NCBI GenBank assembly: GCA_963719315.1
Contig: CAVRBU010000002.1
Coordinates: 1,888,001 to 1,952,000, forward strand
DNA length: 64,000 bases
From: an uncultured Planctomycetota bacterium
GTDB taxonomy: Bacteria; Planctomycetota; Planctomycetia; Pirellulales; Lacipirellulaceae
Direction of reading: 5' to 3'
Part shown: positions 48,003 through 57,829 of the stretch, in pieces
Layout: every line of letters starts with the position of its first letter
Position numbering within the stretch: the stretch's first letter is position 1
The notes under the pieces: generated by a model
Told to the model about the DNA's origin: nothing
Databases searched by the model: none
What the model saw: the letters and a program-made list of their open reading frames with translations, nothing else
Translations under genes and position numbers: made by a program

Positions 48003-48610
48003 ATGTCGTCGACCGATGGTTCGATCACGTACTGGCTCAAACTTCTCGACACAAACGAGGGGTCCGTCGCCCGCGGGGCACTCTTCGAGCGGTACTTCCA
48101 GCGTCTGGTGCGGCTGGCCCGGCGACGGCTGAAGACCGCGTCTCGCGCGGCGGAGGACGAAGAGGACGTTGCGCTCGAAGCACTAGACAGCTTTTTTCGC
48201 CGCGCGGAGCAGGGCGATTTCGCGCGATTGAACAACCGAGGTGAGTTGTGGTCGCTGCTGGTGACGATCGCCAGCCGCAAGGCGATCAATCAGTACAATC
48301 GGCAGACCGCGCTGAAGCGCGGGGGAGAAACGGCCGACGCGTTCCGCTCGATGTGACGGCGGTCGGACAACGCGGGCTTGACCAGTTGGCCGCGTTGGAA
48401 CCCACCCCGGAAGTGCTGGTCCACGTGGTCGATGAGTTCCATGCGCGACTTGATAGGCTTGACGGCGAACTGCTGCGCGAAGTTGCAATCCTCGCGCTCC
48501 AGGGCTACACCAACTTAGAAATCGCCGCGCAGCTGACCGTTTCTGAGCGGACTGTCCGCCGCAAACTGCAGCGGATACGGAGGGAATGGGCGGAAACAAT
48601 CGACGACTGA
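48003..48610 (+). CDS. ECF-type sigma factor of the kinase-associated planctomycete type (frameshift near 48344)
   Basis: GSITYWL, YFQRLVRLAR, DEEDVA, LWSLLVTI; region 4 GYTNLEIA..SERTVRRKL in the next frame. Confidence 0.85.
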
Positions 48611-48630
48611 CGGGCAAATTGGGCACCCCA

Positions 48631-51057
48631 ATGCAGACGCTAGGCGAGCTCTCACTGGCCACGATTCGCCGGATCGACGAGATCTGCGACGAGTTTGAGC
48701 GCGGCTGCCGCGAGGGACGGACGTTGGATCTTTCCTCGTTCGTGCGAAGATGGGCTGAGCCGCAGCGATCAGCCCTGGTTCGTGAGTTGATTCTGATCGA
48801 TTTCCACTACGCCGGTCATCGAGGCATCCACCGTGAATGCCGTGACTACCTCGCTCGACTGCCGCATGACGCGCACACAGTCGAGCAGGCGTTTTTGGAG
48901 GCAGCTAACGCCGTCGATGGGTCGACGCTCAACCAATCGGGGATCAAGGCGGATGGCACCGATCGGTCGCAAGGAATAGTGGAAAATGGCGGCGCGAGAC
49001 CGCCCCGTTTCATCGGCCGCTATCGGGTGCTGCGCCAGCTGGGGAGTGGTTCGTTCGGCATTGTCTATTTGGCTCTCGATCCAGAACTTGGGCGGCAGGT
49101 GGCAATTAAATGCCCACGACTTGGAATCCGATGGAAGGAATCGCATTGGGAGATGCTTCAGCGGGAGGCGGAGCTCGCGGCGAAGCTACACAATCAAGGC
49201 GTGGTGGCGATTTACGACATTGGATGCGACGAGTCGGGCCGCCCGTTTTTCGTGATGGAATACGTTCGTGGCGAATCGCTCAAGGATTTACTGAGCCGGG
49301 GTCAGATTGAGGTTCAGTCTGCGATAAAGATTGCAATTGCACTGGCCGAGGGGCTGGAATGTATTCACAAGGCGGGACTTGTGCACCGGGATCTCAAGCC
49401 TGCCAACGTTATCTTGGATGATGAAGGAGCACCGCACATTGCCGACCTGGGTCTTGCATTCGACGAACAGCACAGCACGAGCGATGAATTGGCCGGCACG
49501 CTGGCCTACATGGCGCCTGAACAGGTGCCCACGGTTGAGGTGAACAACCAGTCACGAACGATTGACCATCGCTGCGATATTTGGGCGTTTGGAGTCATGC
49601 TTTATGAGATGCTCGTGGGTCGGCGACCATTTGACGGGCCCACCCCCTCGCAGCTGATCGACCAAATACTCCATGACACTCCCATGCGGCCATCGTCTGT
49701 AAATCCACGAAATGGTCCAGTGGTGACGCAGATCTGCATGAAGTGCTTGTCGAAGTCTCCCGAATCCAGGTATCCAAGTGCCGGCGCGATCACTGAAGAA
49801 CTGCGGCTGGTTTCGAGTATTGAGACTTGGACCAGCTCATGGCGACGCAAAGCCGTCCTAGCAGCTTGCATTTTATCAGCCCTGGCGGCAACGCCCATAA
49901 TCGGTCGCTATCGCTTGGCCGGTAATTCAGTGACTGATTCCGCGACGATTATCTCGGCAGTCGATTCACGACCTGAAGCACCGACTCCACCGGTCCTTTC
50001 GTACGTCATCAAGAGTACGAGTGAGAGGTTCGCGGATTTAGCGGCTGCAGTCACCGCTGCACCTGATGGCGGGATCGTCGAGATCGACGCGGACGGGCCA
50101 CTGACGGTCGACCAGATAAATGTTGGCCGACGACAACTCACGATCCGCGCCGCACGTGGACGCAGACCAGTGATCACGCTCGCCGACGATAGACGACTGT
50201 GCTTGCTATGCACCGTGGGGGATCTCGTGCTGGAAGGTCTCGACTTTCGCCGGGGAACACCCATAGTTCGAACAGCAGTTCATGCACCCTCGGTGGTAGC
50301 TGTCGAGGGATCCGGAAGTCTGCAGATCAAACATTGCCGCTTCAGCTACGCGTCGAGACGAGAGAATCGCGGCGCCTGCATTCGAGTCGAGGCAAGCGAC
50401 TGCGCCATTCAGGACACAGAGCTCTACTGCCTAAACGGTCCCGGGATAGCTTGGGTTCCTAGCGCTGGAGCCGTGCTTTCGCTCGACAACTGTGTTGCAG
50501 AAGTTAGGACATTAGCACATATCACGAGCGAAGGAAGCAACGAAGTTACAGTCCGAATTCGTCGCTCTGCGGTGAAGGCACAACAGGCACTCATCGTCCG
50601 AGGCATCCATCGTTTGCCCCCCAAAGCCAAGCTGCTAGTGTTCGCTCAGCAATGCCGCTTCGATGTGGATGTGGTACTTCTGCAAATCGTTCCAACTCCC
50701 GGTGGAATGCCCCAGACCCTGGCCGGAGTTACTGCTGCCATCGCGTGGGATGGTAAGCAAAATGTCTTCGCAGTGCGAGATACATTTGTCCGAAGTGATT
50801 TTGGAGGTCAACGGAAGACACTCAATGTGGACAATCTTGCCGCCTGGAACGCATTTTGGACAGCCCAAAGCGGCTCAGTTGAGATCGCTGCTAGCGAAAG
50901 CCACCGTGGGGTGGACGCCTTCGATTATTCAATTCCGGTTCGCGACCGTCTCGACTGGATTGCACGCGGAGATGAGCTGCCACCCGGCTTTGTCGCCGGT
51001 GTTGATATCGATTTAGTTGGCCCAGAAGGGAGCTACTCACTTCGAGCGAGGCCTTAG
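48631..51057 (+). CDS. Hanks-type Ser/Thr protein kinase with TM and C-terminal beta-helix-like domain
   Basis: RIDEICDEFE leader, LGSGSFG, VAIK, HRDLKPAN, DLGLA, YMAPEQ, DIWAFG. Confidence 0.92.
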   Translation: MQTLGELSLATIRRIDEICDEFERGCREGRTLDLSSFVRRWAEPQRSALVRELILIDFHYAGHRGIHRECRDYLARLPHDAHTVEQAFLEAANAVDGSTLNQSGIKADGTDRSQGIVENGGARPPRFIGRYRVLRQLGSGSFGIVYLALDPELGRQVAIKCPRLGIRWKESHWEMLQREAELAAKLHNQGVVAIYDIGCDESGRPFFVMEYVRGESLKDLLSRGQIEVQSAIKIAIALAEGLECIHKAGLVHRDLKPANVILDDEGAPHIADLGLAFDEQHSTSDELAGTLAYMAPEQVPTVEVNNQSRTIDHRCDIWAFGVMLYEMLVGRRPFDGPTPSQLIDQILHDTPMRPSSVNPRNGPVVTQICMKCLSKSPESRYPSAGAITEELRLVSSIETWTSSWRRKAVLAACILSALAATPIIGRYRLAGNSVTDSATIISAVDSRPEAPTPPVLSYVIKSTSERFADLAAAVTAAPDGGIVEIDADGPLTVDQINVGRRQLTIRAARGRRPVITLADDRRLCLLCTVGDLVLEGLDFRRGTPIVRTAVHAPSVVAVEGSGSLQIKHCRFSYASRRENRGACIRVEASDCAIQDTELYCLNGPGIAWVPSAGAVLSLDNCVAEVRTLAHITSEGSNEVTVRIRRSAVKAQQALIVRGIHRLPPKAKLLVFAQQCRFDVDVVLLQIVPTPGGMPQTLAGVTAAIAWDGKQNVFAVRDTFVRSDFGGQRKTLNVDNLAAWNAFWTAQSGSVEIAASESHRGVDAFDYSIPVRDRLDWIARGDELPPGFVAGVDIDLVGPEGSYSLRARP

Positions 51058-51809
51058 CCGATTCCGCAAAAACGAAATTGGTGCCACGACCCGCGAGCAA
51101 TTGGGCCACCACTATCGTGATACCGGACCAGCCGCTAAGGCGTCAGCATCAATCAGATCGGGAATAATCTTCGTGGCTTGCATCGGCTGTAAAGTTAAAG
51201 TCGATGCCACGACCTGGACGGCGTATTGAGGTAAGCGTTTATTGTGACGTGAACCGTCAAAGGTTGGGTTGCCGGGGGCTCGCCGAAGGAAGTGCAACCA
51301 GGCAGAAATTTTCGGACGGCGATGTGTTTAAAGTTATTTCATTTAACAAAACGCCGAGTACTCATCAAGAATTAGCTTCTCGCCGTCGCAGCATCCAAGA
51401 CTAAAAATGTTTCAGTGACCGTAGAAGCATTGTCCACAGATGGCGCAGATGATTGGAGGATTTGGCTGCTTTGACCGCATGGAATGGTCGCGGGCAAAGC
51501 ACGAACTACTTTCTTGAATCTGCGCTCATCGGCGCCATCTGCGGACTCGACGATGATCGGAGAAGAGAACAGCAGCAGGTCCACATCCAATAGATGCTAC
51601 GCCAACACCTGGTTGGGCTGATCGAACTGGGCACTATTCGCAGTTCCAAGACTGGCCAAATATTCTCGTTGAATCTATTTGGAGATCGGCATTGAAACGG
51701 GACCCACCTGGGGTGCGGAATCGGCATTGAAAAGGGACCCACCGCAGCGGACTTCGTAAGCTGGATTCCCGGTTTTTAAACTGGGGAATTCAGCGAAGCG
51801 GAGTCAAGG

Positions 51810-53516
51810 ATGCTGAAGGTGGAGGATTACGGCAGGATACGTCGTGCTCATCGCGATGGCATGAGCATTCGGGAGATCGCCCGGACGTTTGGGCATTCGC
51901 GACGAAAGATCCGCGAGGCACTGGCGCAGGCAGAGCCGCGGCCTTACACGCTGTCGCTACCGCGACCGCGGCGGGTGCTGACCGATGTGCACCAGCAATG
52001 GATCGGCGCGATTCTCGTCGAAGATGAGCAGGCGCCTCGCAAGCAACGTCACACAGGAGCGCAACTCTTTCGGCGGCTGCGGGACGAAGAGCAGTACGTC
52101 GGCAGCTACGACCAGGTGCGAAGGTACGTGGCCGCGACGCGGGGGCGGCAGCGCGAAACGTTTCTCCCTTTGTCGTACGAGCCAGGCCAACGGGCCGAGA
52201 GCGACTTCGGTCAGATCTGGGTCGACTTCCCGGAAGGCAGGCGCCAGGTTCCGATCCTGCTGGTGACGTGGGCCTACTCGAACGCCACCTTTATGATTGC
52301 GCTGCCGAGCGAAAAGACCGAGGCGATCCTGCATGGCACGGTGGCGGCGTTTGCGTTTTTTCGTTGCGTGCCCAAAGAACTGTGGTGGGATAATCCAAGA
52401 ACCGTTGCGACCACGATTCTGCGTGGCCGCCAACGGGAGTTGAACCAGCGCTGGCAGGCGCTGGCCAGTCACTACAACTTCGAGCCGTTGTTCTGCCTGC
52501 CGGCTCGCGGTAACGAAAAGCCGCACGTCGAGAACCGGGTGAAGCTGTTCGAGCGCCAGTGGGCGACGCCGGTCCCTCAAGTGAAGGATCTGACAGAGCT
52601 AAATGCCTACCTGCTTCAATGCTGCGAGCGGGATGCTCGGCGGACGATTGCGGGCCACAGCGAAACGATCGGCGCACGCTTCGCGACAGAGCAGATTCGC
52701 GCCTTGCCGCTGCCCGAGCGCCCGTTTGAAGCCGCCGTGAGCGAGGTCCGTCAAGTCGACAAGTACCAGACGGTCGCCTGGGAGAAGAATCGCTACAGCG
52801 TGCCGCGGCGGCATGCGTTCGCCACGGTCACGGTAAAAGCCACTATCGATCGCATCGAAGTCATCCGCGACGGCCAGCGGATTGCCCGGCACGAGCGCTC
52901 CTACGGACAGGGCGAGCAAGTGCTCGATCCGCTGCACTACCTGTCCACTCTGGGAGTGAAGCCAGCCTATTTGGATCACACTGACGTCTACCGCAATTGG
53001 CGTCTGCCGGCGGCGTTTACCCAGTTGCGCGAACATTTTGAAACACGCCACGGATCGTTGCCGGGCGCTCGGCAATTCATCCGCGTGCTGCAGCTGTTGG
53101 CAGAGCACCCGCTGACTCGGGTTGAGCAGGCCATCCAGGCCTGCCGCGGCGACGGCGTCGTCACGGCCGAGCGGATTGCTGGGCTCTGCGAGCGACTGGC
53201 GCTGCGGTCCACCCGCGGCGAAGCGAACCTAATCGGGCAGCTGCGATCGATTCCTGCGGTGCAAGTCCCGCTGCCGGACTTGCGCCGCTTTGACTCGTTA
53301 CTCTCTCACGGAGGAGAAGATCATGGCCCAGAAAGAAACGCCCCTGTTACTGCGTTCGAACCTCAAGGCGCTACGCCTGCCGACGATGCTGGCCGAGTAT
53401 GGCAAGCTCGCCGGGGAAGCGACCAACAGCAACCAGGACTACCTCGACTATCTGTTGCGCCTGACGGAGTTGGAGTTAGCCACACGCAGTGCCAATGCTC
53501 TGCAGGCGCGCATTAA
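51810..53516 (+). CDS. istA: IS21 transposase IstA
   Basis: GMSIREIAR HTH, PGQRAESDFG, WWDN, EKPHVEN, NRYSVP. Confidence 0.93.
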   Translation: MLKVEDYGRIRRAHRDGMSIREIARTFGHSRRKIREALAQAEPRPYTLSLPRPRRVLTDVHQQWIGAILVEDEQAPRKQRHTGAQLFRRLRDEEQYVGSYDQVRRYVAATRGRQRETFLPLSYEPGQRAESDFGQIWVDFPEGRRQVPILLVTWAYSNATFMIALPSEKTEAILHGTVAAFAFFRCVPKELWWDNPRTVATTILRGRQRELNQRWQALASHYNFEPLFCLPARGNEKPHVENRVKLFERQWATPVPQVKDLTELNAYLLQCCERDARRTIAGHSETIGARFATEQIRALPLPERPFEAAVSEVRQVDKYQTVAWEKNRYSVPRRHAFATVTVKATIDRIEVIRDGQRIARHERSYGQGEQVLDPLHYLSTLGVKPAYLDHTDVYRNWRLPAAFTQLREHFETRHGSLPGARQFIRVLQLLAEHPLTRVEQAIQACRGDGVVTAERIAGLCERLALRSTRGEANLIGQLRSIPAVQVPLPDLRRFDSLLSHGGEDHGPERNAPVTAFEPQGATPADDAGRVWQARRGSDQQQPGLPRLSVAPDGVGVSHTQCQCSAGAH

Positions 53517-54094
53517 ACAGGCTGGCTTCCCGGTGCAGAAGGACCTCGATGCATTCGACTTTAGCGGCGGTACCCGGCCTCTCGAAGCCCAAGATCCTGG
53601 AACTGGCCCGCTGCGGCTGGATTGATCAGCGTCAGAACTGCTGCCTGTTGGGTAGTTCGGGAACTGGAAAAACGCATCTGGCCATCGCCTTGGGCCTGGC
53701 CGCCTGCCGACTGGGCAAGCGAGTCCGCTTCTTTACCGCTGCCACACTGGTCAATCGCTTGGAAGAGACGCAGAAGCAGTACCAGCTCGAGCGATTGTTG
53801 AAGCAGCTCGACAAGCTCGATCTGCTTGTCTGCGACGAGCTCGGTTATCTCTCGTTCAATCGCAGCGGAGCGGAACTGCTGTTCCAGGTATTCGCCGATC
53901 GCTACGAGCGATCCAGCCTGTTGATCACCAGCAACTTGCCGTTCAGCGAATGGCAGCAGGTGTTTCAGGGAGAACGGATGACAGCTGCTCTCTTGGACCG
54001 GCTGACGCACCACTGCGAAATCTTTGAGATGAACGGTGAAAGCTACCGCTTCCGGGAGTCGATGAAACAAAAGCGAACCACCAAGGGCAAGTAG
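53323..54094 (+). CDS. istB: IS21 helper ATPase IstB (frameshift near 53566)
   Basis: LKALRLP, GSSGTGKTHL, CDELGY, TSNLPFSEW, ALLDRLTHH; SD ggagga. Confidence 0.92.
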
Positions 54095-54795
54095 CTTTCG
54101 GGCGACCCGTCGGCAAAACGTTCGCAAATCGCGCAACAAAATGGAGAGTTTACTCTAACCCATTAAGTGAACTAACGGAGGCGGCCGCGCGAGACCTTCG
54201 AAGGGTCTCGCGGGCCGCTCCCCAACTAACCAGGTGGGCCCAGATTCAACGCCCAGGTGGGTCCCATTTCAATGCCGATCTCCATCTATTCGCCAACTTG
54301 CTATAGTGGTCATCTGTATATTCTCGAACCTAGGCCCGCCAGCGTATGCGGCTTCGCCGGGCGCTCGCGCTGTGCACATTGGTTTCGCTTCGCTCTTTGG
54401 CAATTTAAGCACATCAGTAGCTTCGAGCCTAAGCTCTTGGCCCGTGAGATGTTGCGCCGAAAACGCTTCCGCCGTTCGCCGCCAGTTGCGCGCCGAATGC
54501 GAAGTAAACTCGGCCAGTTGTGCACGGTCGAAGAGTGCTCTCGATCGGCACGCCGATGCCATGAACCCGTTGCACGCCAACGACTTGTAACTCAACGAGC
54601 GGCGGATGCAACCGGAATGCTTCGCGCAAAACATACGACTTTTGCACGCGAAAAAAAATTTCTCGATCCGCGCAAAAGTATCTCTAATGGCAGTAACGAC
54701 TTGCGGATGCATGCCACGAATTAGCGAATGCAATACTCGCCAAATCCCGAGCGCCACGTTAGTTATGCAGAACCGTTCGATTTCAGAATTGTCGC

Positions 54796-55590
54796 CTACG
54801 TGCGTGGCACAAACGCGAAGTTGTTAACGTATCCGCGCGGCAATCGGTACGGATCCGTACTGTTCAGTCGCTGGTGCATGGCCGGGTCGAACTCAGCCAG
54901 AGGCCGGCGGACGCGTTTCGTGAAAAAGCTCCCATCGTAACCGAGCGATCGGAGCAGGTCGAACACCGGTCGCACGTCGCCGTCCGGCCGATGCCGTGCT
55001 TCGCACTCCATGAGGATCGTCGGCTGGTGCACTGCCAGTGTCCGCTGTGCGCCCTCCAGCACGGCAAGTTCGTGTCCTTCGACATCGATCTTCAGGAAGT
55101 CCGGCCCCCGCGGCTTGTCCGCGAAGAAGTCGTCTAGTGTCGTAACGTCGACCAGTAAGGAGCGAGATGTAAGGGGCGAGGAACGACTATCTGGATTTAA
55201 ACTGGTCATCTCGCTCCTAACTTCTCGCTTCTGGCCCCTCGCCACGAGCGACGCTTCATGCGTCCGCCCCGCGCCGCTCGGCACGTGCAACGGCATCTCA
55301 CCGCATACATTCGAAACCGCCATCGGTACGATCGCCACATTGTCGTACCGCATCGCCGAAAACGCCTCGCGCAAATATGCCACTTGTTGCGGCTGGGGCT
55401 CGAAAGCGTAGACCGCACCACCTGGTCCCACGCTGCGGCGCATCCAGTACGTGTAGGCGCCCTTATGGCAACCGATATCCGCCGCCACTTGCCCCGGACG
55501 CAGGCTTTGGCAAACGAATCGCAGCTCAGCCGGATCGACGCGTAAGCGGTAGCGGTAGGCACGGTACAGATAGTTGAATTTGACGGACAT
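54796..55590 (-). CDS. FkbM family methyltransferase
   Basis: DIGCHKG, VYAFEP, LKIDVEGHELAVLEGA. Confidence 0.9.
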   Translation of the reverse strand: MSVKFNYLYRAYRYRLRVDPAELRFVCQSLRPGQVAADIGCHKGAYTYWMRRSVGPGGAVYAFEPQPQQVAYLREAFSAMRYDNVAIVPMAVSNVCGEMPLHVPSGAGRTHEASLVARGQKREVRSEMTSLNPDSRSSPLTSRSLLVDVTTLDDFFADKPRGPDFLKIDVEGHELAVLEGAQRTLAVHQPTILMECEARHRPDGDVRPVFDLLRSLGYDGSFFTKRVRRPLAEFDPAMHQRLNSTDPYRLPRGYVNNFAFVPRT

Positions 55591-55796
55591 CCGACCCGCA
55601 TTGTCGGCCGATTCCTAACGCCCCTCAACATCAAAAAATGTCCGCCATGCGAACAAAAACGCCTTGTTCTGAGCAGTCCGCCGTCAGACTCGCTTCCCGC
55701 GCGCGACAAGAGCCCGGCTGCTTACGCAACCAGGCTCTTTCGCTCCCCCCAAAGATATCCATACGCCTTGCCAATAGTCGCACACCACGACCCTGG

Positions 55797-57521
55797 TTAC
55801 CGCGCCACTCCCGCGCCGCCGCCCGTAGTTTCGTAGCTCACCTGTTGCGCGACCCGTTCGACCGGCGCGATTCGATATGGCTTCGCTTGTTGATACATAG
55901 TCAGACGATTCTTGTAGGCATCGCGTTCTTCCGCCGGAGCGAGTTGAATTGCTTGACGAACGGAATCCATCGCGCTCGCGAAGTCGCCGGCACTCGCTTG
56001 CGCCGCGGCGAGTGTGTCATAGTTAACGGCTTCTTTTTCGCCGCCCTGCTCAATTACCGTTTTGGCTCGTTCGATTGCCAGATCGGCGTTGCGAACGGAA
56101 CTGTCAGGGCAGGTCGCCAGCAGCCAGGCCAATCCGCCTTGGGCCTGGCTCGAACTCGGATCAAGTTTGATCGCCCGATCGTACTCGGCCACTGCATCGG
56201 CGTAGCGGCCGATGTCGGTCAACAAATCGGCGCGGCAAGCCGCCGCGTAGCCGTCGTCCGGCGCGAGTTGAACGGCGGCATCGTAGTGCGCGACGGCTTC
56301 GTCAATACGACCCAACAACTGGCACACTCGGCCACAACCGCGGTGCGCAACCGCCAGGTTGGCATCCAACCCAATCGCGCGCTTGTAATCCACAAGGGCC
56401 GAATCCAAATTATCCGCGACCATGAACAGCGCGGCTCGATTGGAATATGCCTTCGCGAACTGTGGATTGATTTGAATGGTGTGCGTGAAATCGTCGAACG
56501 CCTTCTCGAACTGGCCAGCTTGTGCCAGCAGGACGCCGCGATTGTGCAGCGCCCGCCAGCACGTCGGGTCGATGCGAACGGCGTCGCTGAAATCCAGGAT
56601 CGCTTCTTTGTTCTCGCCGGCCTCGGCTTTCAATTGGCCGCGGCGATTCAGCGACCACGAAATCAAGCTATTGGCGTACTGGGCAGTTCCTGGACTGGCT
56701 TGGCTGGCTTGTGCTCGCCGGCAAGTTTCGATGATGTGGGTATAGTCCTGTTCCATTTGCGCGTTAGTGCTCAGTTCGTGAGCTTCGGCGACCAGCCGGT
56801 CGGCAGGCGAAAGCGCTGCCGTCGACCTGGCTGTGGGCGCTGCGGCTGTCGGTTTGAGGCTTTGCGACGCCGGCTTAGCGGGCGGTGCTGTGTTCCAAGG
56901 CGAAACGGACGAAGAATTGGGAATCGGTGTAGCCGGCGTGGCAGAGCGACCCGCTTGTGCTGCCGGATTCGGTCGGGTCGCCGAATGAGCAAGCGCACTA
57001 TCTTGGCGAATCGGCTGCGGAGACCGACCGTCCGCCACACGCGCCGACTGGAAGTTATTGCTCGTTGGGGCTGCGCCCGGCATCCGCTGCGACATTGCCC
57101 GTCCGGCGGAAGACGACTGCGCAGTGACGCGCGACTGCGTACGAACGGCATTATTCGGTGCACCGTTCGGACCGCTCGACTGTGGAACGCGAGCCACGCT
57201 CTGGTTCGTTGTCGTTTGCCGACCGAATGGCAGTGTAGGCATCTTCAATTTCTGACCGCGATACTGCGCGCCGCCTCGATTGGACGTCGAAGTTTGAGCG
57301 CTGGCAGAAGACGAGTTCGGTCGCGGGCGCGAATCATAAAACCCGGCTTGCTGCACGGCTTCATCGATGTTGCGGCCGTCGATCGGCTGAGAGTATGCTG
57401 GGTCGCTAATGAATGCGGCTGGAACCGTGTCCCAAGCGCGGCAGGAGTTCAGCATTGCGGTCTGGCCGGCGAAACTGGCCAGCCCAATTACAACCATTGG
57501 GAAGTAGCGTGAACGACGCAT
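55797..57521 (-). CDS. Secreted TPR-repeat protein with low-complexity N-terminus
   Basis: Signal-like leader; several TPRs (ALHNRG, AYSNRA); LAWLLATCPD..DTLAAAQASAGDF cap. Confidence 0.85.
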   Translation of the reverse strand: MRRSRYFPMVVIGLASFAGQTAMLNSCRAWDTVPAAFISDPAYSQPIDGRNIDEAVQQAGFYDSRPRPNSSSASAQTSTSNRGGAQYRGQKLKMPTLPFGRQTTTNQSVARVPQSSGPNGAPNNAVRTQSRVTAQSSSAGRAMSQRMPGAAPTSNNFQSARVADGRSPQPIRQDSALAHSATRPNPAAQAGRSATPATPIPNSSSVSPWNTAPPAKPASQSLKPTAAAPTARSTAALSPADRLVAEAHELSTNAQMEQDYTHIIETCRRAQASQASPGTAQYANSLISWSLNRRGQLKAEAGENKEAILDFSDAVRIDPTCWRALHNRGVLLAQAGQFEKAFDDFTHTIQINPQFAKAYSNRAALFMVADNLDSALVDYKRAIGLDANLAVAHRGCGRVCQLLGRIDEAVAHYDAAVQLAPDDGYAAACRADLLTDIGRYADAVAEYDRAIKLDPSSSQAQGGLAWLLATCPDSSVRNADLAIERAKTVIEQGGEKEAVNYDTLAAAQASAGDFASAMDSVRQAIQLAPAEERDAYKNRLTMYQQAKPYRIAPVERVAQQVSYETTGGGAGVAR

Positions 57522-57829
57522 GGTTGAACCCATCCAACTTCGTTTGAGGGAAAAGTTGCAATCAGCGTATGGCAAGGCAGGCGCATCGTGAGTTGACGAA
57601 TGACCCCGCTCCACACGCTGTGGCATGTCGCACTCTATCGGCCTACCGCGTGCCTCAACCTAATCGGAACTAGCAGAAAACTCAGCAAAATCGGCAAAGC
57701 TTGACCAACTTCACAAGACGTATGCTGCCAGCATCGATATCAAACCGCGCACAACAGCAGCAGCAGCAGCAGCACAAGTCAACGCAAGCAGAAGGCACAG
57801 CCCGACATTTTGTTGGGCGATTCGCGCTG

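Larger units (their letters stand above)
51680..54284 (+). mobile_element. Complete IS21-family insertion sequence with 6-bp target duplication TCTATT
   Basis: Ends TGGAGATCGGCATTGAAAcGGGACCCACCTG and CAGGTGGGTCCCaTTTCAATGCCGATCTCCA, internally reiterated; TCTATT at 51674-51679 and 54285-54290. Confidence 0.95.

Noticed and set aside
51372..54330. Intact gene interrupted by IS21
   Set aside because: Joining the flanks at TCTATT gives minus-strand frames that are short or stop-interrupted and match no recognisable family
44682..54990. Diversity-generating retroelement TR/VR pair (fkbM repeat), or the FGE-fold gene as a DGR target
   Set aside because: Mismatches are not confined to adenines, there is no reverse transcriptase in the window, and I saw no second copy of the FGE 3' end
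55638..57512. 624-aa plus-strand ORF and other long antisense ORFs (e.g. 40504-41817, 5629-6729, 24313-25446)
   Set aside because: Shadow ORFs opposite well-supported genes in GC-rich DNA, with no recognisable motifs
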